Assembly: GCF_000150275.1 (NCBI RefSeq)
Contig: NW_002060959.1
Coordinates: forward strand, 494,371 to 558,370
DNA from: Trichoplax adhaerens
Taxonomy: Eukaryota > Animalia > Placozoa
Length of the DNA stretch: 64,000 nt
Direction of reading: 5' to 3'
This document shows positions 24,311 to 39,800 of this stretch, in pieces. Below the pieces are notes generated by a model. That model had not been told where the DNA came from, searched no databases, and saw only the letters and a list, made by a program, of their open reading frames with translations. A program made the translations under genes and the position numbers. Every line of letters starts with the position of its first letter. Position 1 is the stretch's first letter.

Positions 24311-26064
24311 AAGCGCCATCATGCTAAATTAAAACATCAATTGAACGCTTGGTGAGGAGATCGATTAGCAAACTATATTAACCTAATCATTAAACTCTAT
24401 TTTAATACTGCCGTAAAATGCCGAAACAAATAGTTACTTCCTGTTAAGACTATTCCTCAAAGGAATCAAATAACCTGAAATTGGAATTATTCTTTTCTTG
24501 TAACTAAGCTTTATTAATCTATTAAACGAGCCAATATTTAAAAAGAAAGATTAGCAGGTATAGTCTAGTTAACACTGTTTGTCTTGTTCAATTAGATCTA
24601 TAACATTAGCAAATGATGAGAAATTACGCCATAGAAATCGCCATCTTTCTATCGATTAAAGTACTTTCTTGACTGAAAGGTCAATAGAAATGTTTCATGC
24701 TACACTAGCATAGTGTTCCCTGCCTACCAAAATATTGAATTGAACGTTGCTAATAAGAACCATAAAGTTTATTGAGACATGTGCCAATACTGTCAAAAGT
24801 TTTCTACAAACAAATTCAGTATATTTCATAACATATATAATACTACATAGTAACATCTATACACATCGATGATTTAAAAAGTGACTACCAGTTGAAAATT
24901 TCCAGCTATTCTCTAGGAGAGTTCATGACCAATCCTTTATAAAAGTCAAGCAATCATTTACAACCTTTGAAGGGTTTACTCTTCAAATGTCTTCCTCTCA
25001 CTAATCCGAAAAATGGTTTATTCATCTTGTTGTTTCCTCACGTTACCATGACTTATCCATTCCTAAAAAAAAACTTGTCATCCATTCCAGATGATGCCAG
25101 CAAAAGTCAATGGCTGTCTCATTTTAGCTATGACAACGACTCAGTTACGAATAGTTCATGATCATTATTAACTCATTCCATACTCCAAAAAAAAATAAAA
25201 TGCAGACAAATAAAGACTTTGAGTCTTGTTCCATCCAATATGGAGCAAGTCTATTTAAATAGAGGTGAAGCAAGGAATCAATACCACGCACATTCTTGAA
25301 ATTATTTTTAATACTATTATTGAGTTCCACTATTCCAAAACTTTTGTTATTTTACCTTGATACCACTATAGCATTCTGTTTCGTTTAAAATCATTAGTTG
25401 CCTCTATTTTGATCGACAGCGCTTCTAATTGGGTATTACTGTATCATAATTTTATCCACGACAATCAACTACAAATTAAAACTATTAAAGCCGTCTTTTA
25501 TTCGGTTATAGCAAGTTTAGTCAAGCTAATTTGGCTTATTTAGGATGTAATCTTGCCAATTCAACATGGACTAAAAAAATTTTTATGTCATTTGCTCTAA
25601 TATGGCTGTCATGACTACAGTAGCCATTCATTTAGACGGAGCTTCTTCTTATGCTGAGATATTTCATTGAAAAAAATGAAAAATCTCGTAGCGTATATTG
25701 TAAAGATGTAAAGCTTACGTCTTTATGCCAATAATTTACTTATTGTGGTCCTATATAGGCTTTAGTAATGTGTCAAAGTTATTTTTCCTATTTCCTAAAT
25801 GAAGCCATTATAAAAGACTACCTGTCCACTTGATTAAGATAGTCTTTTCCGGCCTGACTGATTTCGGCTGACTGACTTTGAAATCATTTCGTGCTCGATT
25901 GATAATAGATTCCCAATCCATTGTAATTATCAAACTAATACTTAACCTTTCAGGTGAGCTTCTATCCAAATAAACAGCCAAATATCAGACATGATACTAT
26001 TCTATCGATAGTTGTTGACATTGAATCTTAATGGATAGCCAAAAATAAAGCTATGGCTAAACAA

Positions 26065-26485
26065 GTAGCAAGTAATTCTACTATATTGCTAATCCTATCA
26101 GATCAAGCATGCAATCCTAGACTAATTATTTGCAATGATGGAATAAGAAAAGGATTTCGTTTAAGTCGATCAGAACAGCTGCTGATTCAGTAGGAAATTA
26201 TTATTAGCAAGTAATTCTTTGCTATTGCTAATTCGATCAGTTCAAGCAAACTATATAATCTCAATCAACTTTATACATACTGTTGAATCTTGGCCATAAC
26301 AATGTTAGGGTTAATGCCAGATTAACCGTAACAACGCCATTGAATCTTAAACTAATTATACGACTGTAGCTGGGAAAATAATTACTTTAAAGCCAATTTA
26401 GACAATTGTTGACAACTGGTGATGAAATTGGAAATTACATTAGTAATTAATTCTTTATTGCTAATTTCTATCAGCTTAAGCAGGC
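26065..26485. repeat. Dispersed degenerate ~40-bp repeat, 3 copies
   Basis: tagcaagtaattct...tattgctaat.c.atcag.tcaagca at ~26066, ~26206 and a variant at ~26442. Confidence 0.6.
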
Positions 26486-27822
26486 CACTTAAAGGTACTT
26501 TATTAACCAGCTATCGCTTGGGCCTAAAATAGGCCAAATCAACCTGATAGATAGAGTTGAATCTTGAAACTACAGAATTAATCGTCGACCACCACTTTCG
26601 GACTAGAACTATCCATAGCAAATAATTGGAAATGATTTTCCTTCAGTAAGCAATTAGTTCATCAACATCTTGACTTTTCTTATTAACAAGAATAAGAATA
26701 ACAACTGCAATGATTACAGTAAAATTATAGTAGTAACATGAAGTAGAATATCACTAGGAAATAGAATAGCCTGCTATACTTAATCGATAGGCCACGTTAA
26801 AGATTTACTCCGTTATAATGACCCCAATTTCGAGTTATTGGATTGTGAACCTAAAGGGTTAATGTTAGATCAACATCTTCGTCATCTTTTTTCCGCTCTC
26901 GCTGTCTCCTTACGAAAATAGTATATGCCATGCCTTTTAAAGAAGCTTTGTTAGACTGTTTTTTGGTCAAATATTATTGCTTACAGTCCAATATTTCGAC
27001 TATTAATGATCAACAACGATTGACATCAATGACAGCCAATTCAATCTTTCGTAAACCATAATTTGACAGAAAATCTATTTCTTTCGTCTCGATAATGGCT
27101 GTTTTGAAAAAGAATTGTCTAACTAGAAAAATAATAAGAGCAAACATTAAATTGGATTCAGACAATAATGACAGCTTTGGAATAATCTGATTGATATTTC
27201 CTTCCATTTAGAATGCGAATGGGTAGAAAGAAAGAAAGACTGGGCCAATTATTTTAAGTTGCAAAGATTTTAAATTTTATTGAAGTGATTAAAAATCGCT
27301 AGAAGAAACGGTCAGAAGACAAGGTAAACTCGAATTTCTAGTAGAATTGAACAAGTTTGAGCTAGATAAATCGAGTTCAAGATGTTAAACTAGCGTAACT
27401 ACGACTCATCTATTAGTCTATTTTGATTAAAAATAATGCTTTCAACAACTAGGAAATACTTAAGATAGGATATCGGCTACAAATAGAGCGATAGTCAAGC
27501 CTTATTTATTTTAGTAGGTTAATAAATGCAATTAGAAAATAATGTAATTAAGGAATGGCTTTTATTTTGAAAGCCATCGCACGAGTAAATGAATACTGAT
27601 CAAGCCAAAATGTTTTCATTAAACGTGTAAAAGTTACTATAAAATAACTCTACTCTTATGCTCAGAGTTCTTTGCTCAATTTTACCATAATTAAATTGAT
27701 TCTAAGACAAATCAGTCTTTTTAAACACCTTAGAAAGATTATCCATTTTCATTGATATTTTTAGATTTTAAATTTTTTGACTAATAAATATATAATAAAT
27801 TACTTTAATTTACTTTATAGAA

Positions 27823-30800
27823 ATGGAGTCCAAAACTTTAGATTCCAATCGTTACGAAATAAAAGGCGAAGAAACAATTAAAGATGTTAGAATTGGCTCC
27901 GAAATTTCTTGCACTTTTCTATTTTAATTGTTTGTAGTAGCAATTCTATTAGATGGAATATAGGTTATTAACGCAATTTGATATCATTTAATAAATTAGG
28001 AAGGAATGGATCTCGATGAACCATTGGTCTTAGATGATTCGGTAAGACTATAACGCATTACTAATCATTCTTCCAGAGTATGAAATAGCTTAAAATATTC
28101 TTCTTCTTTACTTTAAAGAGTGATATAGCTTAAAGATGTTTCTCTTCTTGTCTTACAAGAAGGATATACAGTAGCTTAAAGATATTTCTCATCTTGACTT
28201 AAAAAAGAAGGATTAAACTTAAAAGTAGCACTCATCATGACTTTAAAATAATGTAGTTTAAAAATGCTACTCATCATTGCTTAAAAATACTACTGTAGCT
28301 TAAAGAGAATTCCCATCTTGTCTTGGAAGTAGGATATAGATTAAGAGTATTTTTCATCTTGACTTGAAGTGATGTAGCGTAAAAATACTAGCCGTCATAA
28401 TTTAAAAAAGAATGATATATATTATTTCTCATCTTGCCTTAAACGAAGCATATAGCTTAATTGATGGAGCGTCAAAAAATACTACTTATCATGATTTAAA
28501 AGAATGAAATAGCTTAAAATTGGTAGTAATTAGTACTTAACGGAGTGTTGTAATTTAAAAAGGAATGATTTAGCTTTGAAACAGTGCTCGTCAGTTTTGA
28601 AAAGAGTAATAAGGCTTAAAAGTGCTCACTCCTTTCTCTTGACTCCTTTTCTGTTCAGAGTGACGAAGAAGTTACCGTTGAAGTAGAAACTTTCGACGAA
28701 GCTAAACAAGTAAGTCATTACAATATATATTTGCTACATCTAAAATATTCCAACTTAGCCTAGAATTTTATATTACAACCTATATAACATCAACTCATAT
28801 CTATTTTCCTTATTCAATAAGAAAATCGATCAACTGGTTCAGAACGAGAAGAAATTAAAACGCCAATATCGAAAACTGCAACAAGAAAAGGTAAGCTTGA
28901 GCAGCTGTAAGCCTTACTATAGTTTATTTATATTTATGCATGGCTTTATTCCATCCCACTCAATGACGGCATTTTATTTATAGTCTGCAGTTGATGATAG
29001 TAATCGACAATTAAAACAACAAGTAGAAGATTCTAACAAGGTAAAGTTTAGATCCATTTTGGTCCATTCCATTTTCAGTGATTGCTATAGAAAATAATCC
29101 CATCGAACCTAATTTCATTTGATGTAGATCATCGAACAAACTGAAAATGAAAGAAAAAAATTACAAGAGATTATTGAAAAACAATCCGCAAAACTGGGTC
29201 AAGAATATCTATCTGAGGTAATTCAAATGAGATATAGACAATCGCTAGCTTATTTTTCTCATTTTAATGAAAGCTAAAACGGATTATTTCAAATAACCAT
29301 CATAGAAAATTAAAGATCTAGAAAAGCAACGAGATCATTTAAAAGAGAAAAATGACAGCCAGAATAGAGAATTGCAAAGAAAGAGTATGGTCAGTCTTGC
29401 GGAAGTCTTATAAGCAATCTAGATTGAGATACGCATACAACCTATTTCTTGATGAGTGATATGACTCAATTTCAATTTCTTTTATTATGACGTAGATGAT
29501 TGATGAACTTAAAAATAGTAATTCCGACATGGAACTTCGATTGAACTTTGTCATGGAAAGGCAACAAAGACATGACAAGTTAATGGAGGAAAGAAATACA
29601 GATGACGACGCCATTGCTAAAGTAAGATATTCCTCAATGCGATGATACACTGATTAAATTGTTCGTCAATTTTACTTTACTATAAAAGGTCTGTTATACA
29701 ATCCATTAGCAGGGTTTAAAATATATTCTATGCATGAAATAGGTAACGTAATGGACAATTTATTCCATTATTGCTCTCATACATGATTTTTTTTCCATTA
29801 GTTAATGCAAGAAATTGATTCTTACCAAGATGAATTGCAAAACAACTTGCAAAATATTGCTACTACCGGCAATTCCACAAGTCAAGATCAAGATTCCTCC
29901 TTTCAAACATCAACCTCGGATGGGGTAAGTTGATTATTCGATCTCCTAATATGCAAATTTGCTCTCTATAATCCAAGTAATGCTGTAGCCATAGGTAATT
30001 GGCTCATATTTTCTCTCTAATCTTTGCTCAACAGCAAGCTTTGTCAGATGCTCGACTGCAAGAAACAGAAGCTCATTCGGTAGCATCAAGTGCTAGTCGA
30101 CCGGATAGCATTAGCAAGGTAATGAATGACTAATCATCTTTCCAACGATTACTTCTATGCTCTAAAAAATCGAAAATAGATCTATTCAAGATGACCTTCC
30201 AGAGATTGATTTTATTAATTTATTTAGTATTTCTAGTCATCGCTGGTACTTTCATAAAAGTAATGTCGCAATTCTATACATCAACTGAATGATTGATAAT
30301 AGTGCAAGTAGAGTGCATATTTAAAATATATATGGGGATATCAATGAAGATAGATTAAAGTACAGTACTGAAAGCATAGGCTTTAGCAGGGTCTTGTTTT
30401 CATCGTAGATGCAATGCAGACTATAAAAACATAGCATAGAATTGACTTTGTTAAAAAAGTTCCAGCATAAGTACTTCTAGCATATTAGTAAAATTCTTAC
30501 TCCCTATTGGAGAACAATCTGTGCTAGCTATAATATCGATTTTCAAGCATTACCGATGCAGAAGAAAAAGTTCCTTAATTAAAACAACTTGCACTTGATT
30601 AAAATAGGAATTAAATCGATAACCGTATCGGCAGATATTTATGCAACCAGTTATTTGTTGATTTGTTGTCTGATTTTGAACACATTCATGCCTCTTGTTA
30701 CACAGATTTTAGAAGACATCCAGAAAAATACTTCCCAAATGGAAGATGGAATCGATAGTGTTATGACAAAATATCAAGATGATGGACTATCGACTTTGAA

Positions 30801-33800
30801 CGTCGATGAAGATTTCTCTTCTATTATACGAACCAAGATTGAGCAATCTGACGAGGTAATATTAAAATAAATCAAGCATGTCAATGTCGCATTATTTTTA
30901 AATATAGTATTAAAAATATTAATCCAATTTCACGCTATTTCAACGTAAATCTTTTAGAAAATCAACGAACTGGAAAAACAACTCACTAATCTAAAATCAA
31001 GTTCTAATCAGCAATATGATCAAACTATGAAAGAGTTATCGCAAAAAAGTAAATTATTAGAAGAAGCTAGAAGCCAGGTTGACGAATTGCAAAAGGAGAA
31101 GGAAAATCTTCAGCTAGAGTTGCAAGATCTTGAAGCTAAAAGCCCACATGATGAAACCGATCAATTAGGCTTAAAGGATGAGTTTAAGAATAAAGAAAAT
31201 CAATTGCAGGGCGTTGCAAAGGTATTTGAAATAATGTTATTGCTTAAAATTACAAGTCCAGAATAATTGCTAAAATACTGCCATCATAATATCGATCGAT
31301 TGAGCGAATGAATGATTACCTTTTATCAACAGAAAATCGACGATCTCCTTAATTCCAAGGAGAAATTACAACAAGATGTAGAAGAATTAATTGTTCGAAG
31401 AAATTCTCAATTAGTAGCTAAAGAAACTGCCACAGCTGCGTCGTCACCAGTACCTGCAAACTTGAAAGACATTTCTATCGAGACAATTAAGAAATGCCTA
31501 ACTAAAGCGATAGCTATGAGAGAGGAGGTATGTTATTAGATATTATTGGAAAGTAGATTAACTTGTAAGGATATTAAGCTATTAAATGCCCTGATTGGAT
31601 TCAAATTAAATGGATTCTTGCCTGTTGCACATCATGACAGCTCATCGACAAGGTGAAAAAGCGAAGAGATATTTTAGAAGAAAAAGTATCTCTATTAATG
31701 CAAGAATGCGCTGTTGCTGATAGTGATCGCAGAACACAACTTGAAGAAGAAGCAATCAAAATACAATTGGAAATTGAAGAAATCAACAATGTAAAGCTTT
31801 GATCCTCTACTCAGTCTAAATGTAGATTCAGAATTTAGCTATTGCCGTAGGATAAGAAATCAAATAGTGTCACTAATATAGCACAATATCATGATAGGAA
31901 ATTGGTGATGCAGATGACGATATGACCTCGTTCCAAGCTCAATTGGAAAATATCGAAGCACTAGATTCCTGTCCTGATGTTCAAGAACTTCTTGATCAAG
32001 CTAATGATGAAATCGAAGAATTGGAAGTCTGTAAATCACAACTTGAGAAACTGCTAGTAAAGCAACCTGCTAGTGAATTAACAGACAAGCAAAAAGAAGA
32101 GCAACTTCATCAGCTGGAAGATGTAACCAAGGTATGATTGCAATGCTTATTTTTACATTGGAAATTGAATGTGATATTAACCTCAAATTTTGATATCAAT
32201 TATAGAATCTCTCTGAGTTACAAAATGCTGTAGCTGCTAGAAAAGGAGAAATTCAACAGCCCAAAACAGATACAAATGATCCAGAAATGGAGTCGTCATT
32301 AGCTGCATCAGCACTTCTTGCATCATTATATGCTTCCAAAAAGGTCAAAAATAATAACACTAATCAGAACTTTGTTATTTGGCGTTGTTATGCCGCGATA
32401 TGAACTCTCTACAGCTTGATTTCTACCATGTTCACCGAGTAAATTAAAAATATTTTCTTTTGGATTGATAGGCCATTGATATTTTATGTCTTACGAATGA
32501 TGAAAATGTTGAAAAAGAAGCTGAAAGGCCTCGGTCTATTTCGCAAATTAAAGACATTGTTGACAATATACGCGACGAAAGAAAGGTAAGATTCTACTCA
32601 AAGAGAGAGAGAGAGATTGATACGAGGATAATTGCATAGATCTAGAGATACTAGAAAGTCGACACGATTTTATTTTTAAAAAATTTTCCATCCTTGCCTT
32701 TGCAGAGAAGATCAGGTGGTAGTTCGCCTGCTTTATCTCATCACTCTCACGAGGATAAATCGAAAAAAATTGAACAGCAATTGAAAAAATTAAATGAACA
32801 ACTTGATCGCGAGCACAATCTACAAGAGGCAGTCATGTATGAAAAGAATAAAGAATTAATGCATTATCAGAAAGAAAATGCCGAATTACGTGCAAAATCG
32901 CAATTTGATGCTAGTCGCTTGGATGAATTAAACTATAAGAAAACATTGCTTGAAATGCAAGTGGAAGAATTACGTAAACGCTTAAATGAGTTAAATGGAA
33001 GATTTAAGGAAATGATTGGAGGATCCGACGATGAATTAGATCTATCACCAACTGCATCGAGGAAATCATCCGATTCTGACATCGTTTCCAATCGTATCTT
33101 GAGAGACCGTACTAAAGCATTGAGGCATGCTAACGACAAGATACAATTACTTGAGCGTAAAGTGAAAAATCTAGAAGCAAGTTTAGCTGAGGAAACAAGC
33201 CGTGATGAAGATACCTCCATTTCGGAAAGCCAAGATAGCTTATCTAAATTAGATAGTAAATCATTTTATAAACTACAATTAGATGAGAAAAATCGTGAAT
33301 TAGAAGATGCCTCCAAAACGATCGATAATTTGGTATATTCTAAAGCTGGATTGGAGCAAGATTTGCGCGATTCCAAGCATTTTATACGCAGTGATTTAAG
33401 CGGTGCTGTCCAATTACTGAAAGAGCGAACGCGTGCTTTGCAAGATGCAACTAGAAAGATTGCTCAGATGGAGAAAGAGCAAAGTACTTCAGAGACAAGG
33501 AAATTAAATCAACAATTGAAAGAGTTGCGCCATAAAAATGACAGTCTAATACACCAATTAGAGCAATTAAGTGCAGTTTCATCGCCGAATGATAATTCCC
33601 TTTTTGCTGTCTTAGAAGAATGCTATAGAACATTAAATGATTCAACACAGAAAACCAATCATTTGCATAGCCAGAATACCAAATTAACGAAAAAATTAAC
33701 CCAAGCACGAGATGATTTAGAGTTCGCTCAAGCTCGATTAGATGAATTACAATCCATATTAGCTAAAGGCAAAGATAACGATGCGCAGGAAGACGAAAAG

Positions 33801-36800
33801 AAACAAGATGGACAAGAATTTCCACCTCTTGGTGATTTAGCTTATGATCGCGATTCGTTACTTTTACGCTATCGTACTAAAAAATTACATGAGCTACAAG
33901 AGAAAGTAGATTTACTGGAAGAAAAGCTATCGCTAATTGCTAGCAATAAAGTGGAAAACAAAGGGGATAACATTGATACTCGAGAAGTACAGGATTATGT
34001 CTATGTGGATAAATCGGAAACTGAGCCATTAGTTGATAAATTGCGAGTATCACAAGAGCGATCTTTCCAATTAGAACGCGAATTAGAAGAGTTAAAAGCA
34101 ACACAACAAGTTCAAGTTAAGCAATTATTGCAATCTAATCAGCGTATCTTTGCTGTTGAAGAACAAATCGATTCCATAGTTACTAAACAAGAGACTGAAT
34201 TAACCGATCAAACTGAAATTATTACCAGTCAATCCATAAGAATTTCAGATTTAGAGAAAATGTTAAAAGAGAAAGATTCAGCAACCAGTTTTAGTAGTGA
34301 TAGCCGTAAGAGTAGTCCTGCTCCTGGAAAAGAGCACAATGATGATGTTCGATTTCGACGTGAATCTCTACTACAAGAAAGTGCTGATGCCATTAAAGTA
34401 TTGAATCAAGCGCAAGAAAGTGTTAAAACAAGTGGTGATGAAGATGAAGTAGAGAAACGTAATCGCGATTCGTTTATTGAAGATAGCGCTACTGTCATTG
34501 ATATTGTCACCAAGCATATGAGAGAATTAGAAAATGAAAGTGATGAAAGCTTAATCGTGACTGAAAGTGATCAAGAAAGTGCTGCAGCAAGCAATAAAGT
34601 TATTGAAGTGTTAAGCCATCGAATTGAAGAGTTGGAAAAAACCAATACAGAATTAAATAGTAAATTGGATCAATTTACCTCCAAAGGGCATATCCATCAT
34701 TTAGTGGAATCAAAAGATCACATTGAAGAGCTCGAACATCGTTTACAACAGCTTGAAATTGCTAAAGATCATCAAGAATCATTGGATAATGACAATTCAT
34801 TAATGGATCTACATAATGCTAAATTGGCCCAATCGCAGCAAAAGATTGAAGAATTAGAAGAGTGTTTAATTGAGCAAAATCGCCATATGAGCGAAATGGA
34901 AGCTTATATTGAACAATTTGAAAGTGCACCTGATACGATGATTGCTGATTTAAAGCAGCATGTCGATAGTCTCCTCAATGAAATAACAGCCATGAAATAT
35001 GAAAGATTAGCAAGTCGTTATGATAAATTACCATCCTTTGATGAAGGCAGTGAAGAATTGATGCAGAAAGTGCAATCATTGCAAGAATCGCAAGAACATT
35101 TGCTTAAAACGGTAGCTGCATTAAATGATGAAATTGAGAAGAAAACTGAGAAAGCAGCTCAAGCGGAAGTACTCCAACAACAAGTGGATGATTTATTGAA
35201 ATCAGATGAAAATTGGAAGAAGAAATATAAGGAAATGGAGGATTCTATTTCAGTTGTGCAAGAGGTAAGAAAATTGATAGGACAGTCGCGGTTTCTTAAT
35301 CATTCATTACCGTAGAAAATATAACTTGGCTTTGCACAATCTCCTTCCTCATTTCTATTCTACATAGTCGAGATTTTTCTAGTTATTTGATGAGTAGAAT
35401 TTTGCGGAAATGTTCAGTGAGGCTAAATGAGTAGAATACTGAAGGAAATGTAGACACCTTACCCGACAAAATGCGAGACTAATTAGTCGAGATTTTTTCT
35501 CAATTTCTTTAATAGCAAAATTTGGGGAATAACTAAATGAGGCTAGATAAATAAGATATTGAAGGAAATATAGACGCTTTACCCACCAAAATATGCAGGA
35601 TATTCGTAGAGATTTTCTAGTTTCTTTACAAACAAATTTTTTGTAATTGTAATATAAGGCTAGATACATGCACTAATGATTCAATTCATTATGAGAAGAT
35701 TTTGCCTTCATTGATAGTTACAACATTTCATTTACTTTATGATATTATTGATCAGTACAGTAGTGTAATTGAGCTCGAAAAAATATCGCTTTCAAGGATG
35801 CTAATTGTAGGCATTACTCTATGCACTAATGAATAAGAAGGGCAGAAAATTTGCCTCTATCTGTACTTCATTATATTCTAATTCTCGTCTATGTTGCTAA
35901 CATCCATTTCTACCATTCCAGCTATCATTCATGCAATATAATAATAATGAATCAGAGAAAGACAACCTACAGAAGCTCTACGATGAAGAAAAAGAAAGCA
36001 CAGATAAACTCCAATCTGAAATTGCTAAGAAAGAGAAAGATATCAACAAACGAGAAATAGAGAAGCAATCGCTATTGAAGGAAATTCAACAACTGCATGA
36101 GAAAATTGATGAATTATCCATCGTTATTGCAGAAATGGGTCGGCAATTAAATGAATTAGAAAGTTGTAAATCAGAACTGGAAGAGAAACTTGCTACACTA
36201 CGAAAATTAAAGAGCGAGCCAACATCAGCCGAGTTGTCCCCTCGTGATCGTAGCCTAAGTGAAGAATCATCCCGTAGTACTCCTCGTAAAATGGTGATCG
36301 AAGAGAAAGTTATACCGACGATATTGCAGACAGTAGAAGCTCCTCCATCACCACCCAATGTTGCCGATGTTACTCAAGAGCAATATGATGAATTATTGCT
36401 ACAAAATGAACAACTACGAGATGCATTAACCAGTGAAAGTGAGCGTAAACTGGAACTAGAATCGACTTTAGCGACTAAAGAAGAAGAATGTAGCCAATTA
36501 AAGCAACATTATGAAGCGATCACTGAAGAATATTCTCGATTAGTTGCTAAATTAGAGGATATGACTGCTATTGAAGAGCTTCTCAGCCATGATGCTACTG
36601 TCGATTCTAAATTAAGCGAGCGCGTCCAAGCTTTAATCGATGAATATGCTCGTATCTTTGAAGTAGTTTCTCATCAGCGTGATGAAATTGAATCATTGAA
36701 GGAAGAATTAGAAGCTAAAGATCAACATCTTGCCGAATTAATCGAGCAATATCGCAGTGTTTCATCAGCAACTGGATTCTCTAGTGATGATCAAGAAAAT

Positions 36801-39800
36801 CATACTGAACTCAATGAACAACTATTACTTAAATTGCAAGAATTAGAGCTTACTTTGCAAAAGAAAGATGAAGAATTAGCTAAAGCTACCGCTGATATGA
36901 AAACAATTGAGGAAGAATTTGCTGCATTAAGGAATGAATCAGAAAATTTAATTCGAATTGCAAATCTTGAAGAATCTGAAAAATTGTTGAAAGAACGAAT
37001 ACAAGAGTTGGTAGATCAATTACATGAGAAAGAGAAAGGTAAAGGTTCTAGCTTTGGAAGTGATCAAAGTCAATCGGATGAGAATAGCGATGAATTGAAG
37101 CAACATTTAAGCCAAGTTTTGGAAGATAATGAAACTTATGCTAAAGCTTTGCAGGAAATTATTAAAGAAAATGAAGACCTTAAGGCTGATATTCAATCTA
37201 AGGATGAACAAATGCTGACATTAATTGATAGTTATGAACAGTTGAAAGAAGAAAATGCTGAATTAAAAGGAAGCCTAGAACAAGTACTTTTAAAAAATGC
37301 TGAGTTAACTACCGAGCTAGATGGGTTAACTCAAGCTGAAATAGATTTGCAAAATAAAATTACTGCAATTCAAGAATCTTACCAAGACGTCCAAGATGAT
37401 ATTACTAATCTACAATCGGATATACAATCGAAAAATGATCAGATTGAAAAATTGACTGAACAATTGCAAGCTAAGGGTGATCAACCTGATAGTCAAGAAG
37501 TGGATAATCTTCAAAATGAAAAGGAAAGATTAACTGCTGTAGTAGAAGACTTGACCAATAAAGAAATGCAATATAACGATAAGATACAAGATTTAGAAAA
37601 TTCAGAGCAACAATTGCTAGGAAAAGTAAATGAATTAACAGAAGAAGTCAATGAAATGACAAAGACATCGGAGGAAGATCGTGAATTTATTGAACAGCTA
37701 GAGAACGATATTAGCACTAAGAATGATGAAATACAATTATTGATGCAAGAGAATAAACAACTTTCTGCTAAAGCTGAAGAAATAGCTCTTACTGCTGCAG
37801 TATCCGATCAAAGTAATGATGTACTAGATGTACTCAAGCAGGAAAATCAATCTTATGTGGAAAAGTTAGCAATTCAATCTGAAGAAATCAATGAATTACA
37901 AGAAAAATTAGCCTCCAAAGTCAATGAATTAGCGGATCAATCATCCTTAATGGATTCTATCCATGCTGAAAAACAAGAGCTTAGTACAGGATTAAGTTCT
38001 AAAGCAGATGAATTAGCTAATCAAACTTCATTAGCGGAATCAATGAAGACGAAGAATGATGAACTACTCGCTCAATTAGCAGCTAAAGTTGAAGAAGTAA
38101 CCAATCTATCTTCTACTCTTGATTCTATTAAGATTGAAAATGAAATGTTAAAGGCAAAAGTGGAAGAATACACAACTTTACAAAGTGAATTAGACGATAA
38201 AATAGGTGAAATAGAAGAAGAAAATGAAAATCTTCATGATAAAATTGATGAGTTAAATGAGGAAATCCAACGTCAACAACTACTACTATTAGAAGAAAAT
38301 GAGGCTACCAATAAAATTAAGGATAGCTTGCAAGAAAAGATTGAGCAAGTCAATCAATTAAATCGCCAATTGGAAGAATTGGAAAATGAAAAAGAAGCAC
38401 TATCCACTGTTTTATCACAATCGCGGAGTAGTGATGATGAAAAGCAACAATTGATGATTACTAATCAAGAAAAATTGCAATCTCTACAAGCTGAATTGCA
38501 GCAGAAAAATGAACAACTTGAAACTTATCATCAAGATATTGCATCATTACGAGATGAAAATAATACTTATGATAATAAAGTGAACCAACTTATAGAAGCA
38601 CAAGGGAAACTTGATGCTGAAATAGCTCTCTTACAAAATACTGAATTAGGGTTAAAAGATCGCATTCGAGAATTGGAAGATGATGCTCAACAGACTAGTG
38701 ATCAGATTGGAAAGAAAGATAATCAATATCAGCAACTTGTGGATGAAATGAATGGGAAGAATGCTGAAATAGATCGTCTACAATCAACATTAGCAGATAC
38801 CTTAGCTCGCAATACAGCTCAAGAAGCTTTTACCACAGAGCAGACAAATGCAAGCCAAGAGATGGAAGAAAAATTACAAAATACCATCGGTGAAAACAAA
38901 TCACTAGCTCAGATATTAACAGAGCACAAGCAACGAATCGACGAGCTCGAGCAAGCCTTAAATATTCGAGAAGAAGAGCTTGTCCATGCTACGGTGGAAT
39001 TAGATCAATTAAAAGAGGACAAAAATCGCTTATCCAGTGACCTACGAGAATTAGATGTGGATAAACAACAATTATTTACTAAATTATCCGAATTGGACGG
39101 TCGTCGCAAGATATTAAATACCACTGTTGAAGAGCTCATGTCACAAAATGCTCATCTACAACAAGATCAATCCATTATTTCTAATTTAAATAAGCGTATC
39201 GAAGAATTAGAAACGAAGGAAGCTACATTGAAAAATGAGCTATCTTCAGTGGAAGAATCTGTCAAGGTAAATTGGCAAATGAATTTATGTTTATATAGAG
39301 AATAATGTTATTAAAGTCGATTATAATAAAGTTACCGTCATATTAAGATGCAGCACTGTAGCTTAGCATGATTTGTGTAGATTGATAGATATAATTAGAG
39401 GTATTACATACTCGCATAAGATGCAAATTCTTGATATAGCGATGAGTTAGATAGTATTGTGATGCTTAACTACTTCAATAAAGTTATGCTTATACAGAAC
39501 AGATTTTGTCATGAAAGCTGGACTATCTTACCATTTGCAAAACCATCGACAAGTTGAAATAACGATGGCTTGTGATTTATATCTTTTGTTTCTTCTAGTT
39601 TACCTATTATCAATTAGCTAGTGAAAAAGAAGCATCTGACTTTACATCGGATCATGATCAAGTTGTGGATGGTAGTCAGCAAGTCGATCTTACTTCCGAA
39701 GATCAACCGGTAAATAAATTAGTTGATTTCATTAGGAAATTGCTCTTACGTGGGAGTGAATAGAATCCATTAATATCTGTAGTCTACTTTCTTTATCATC

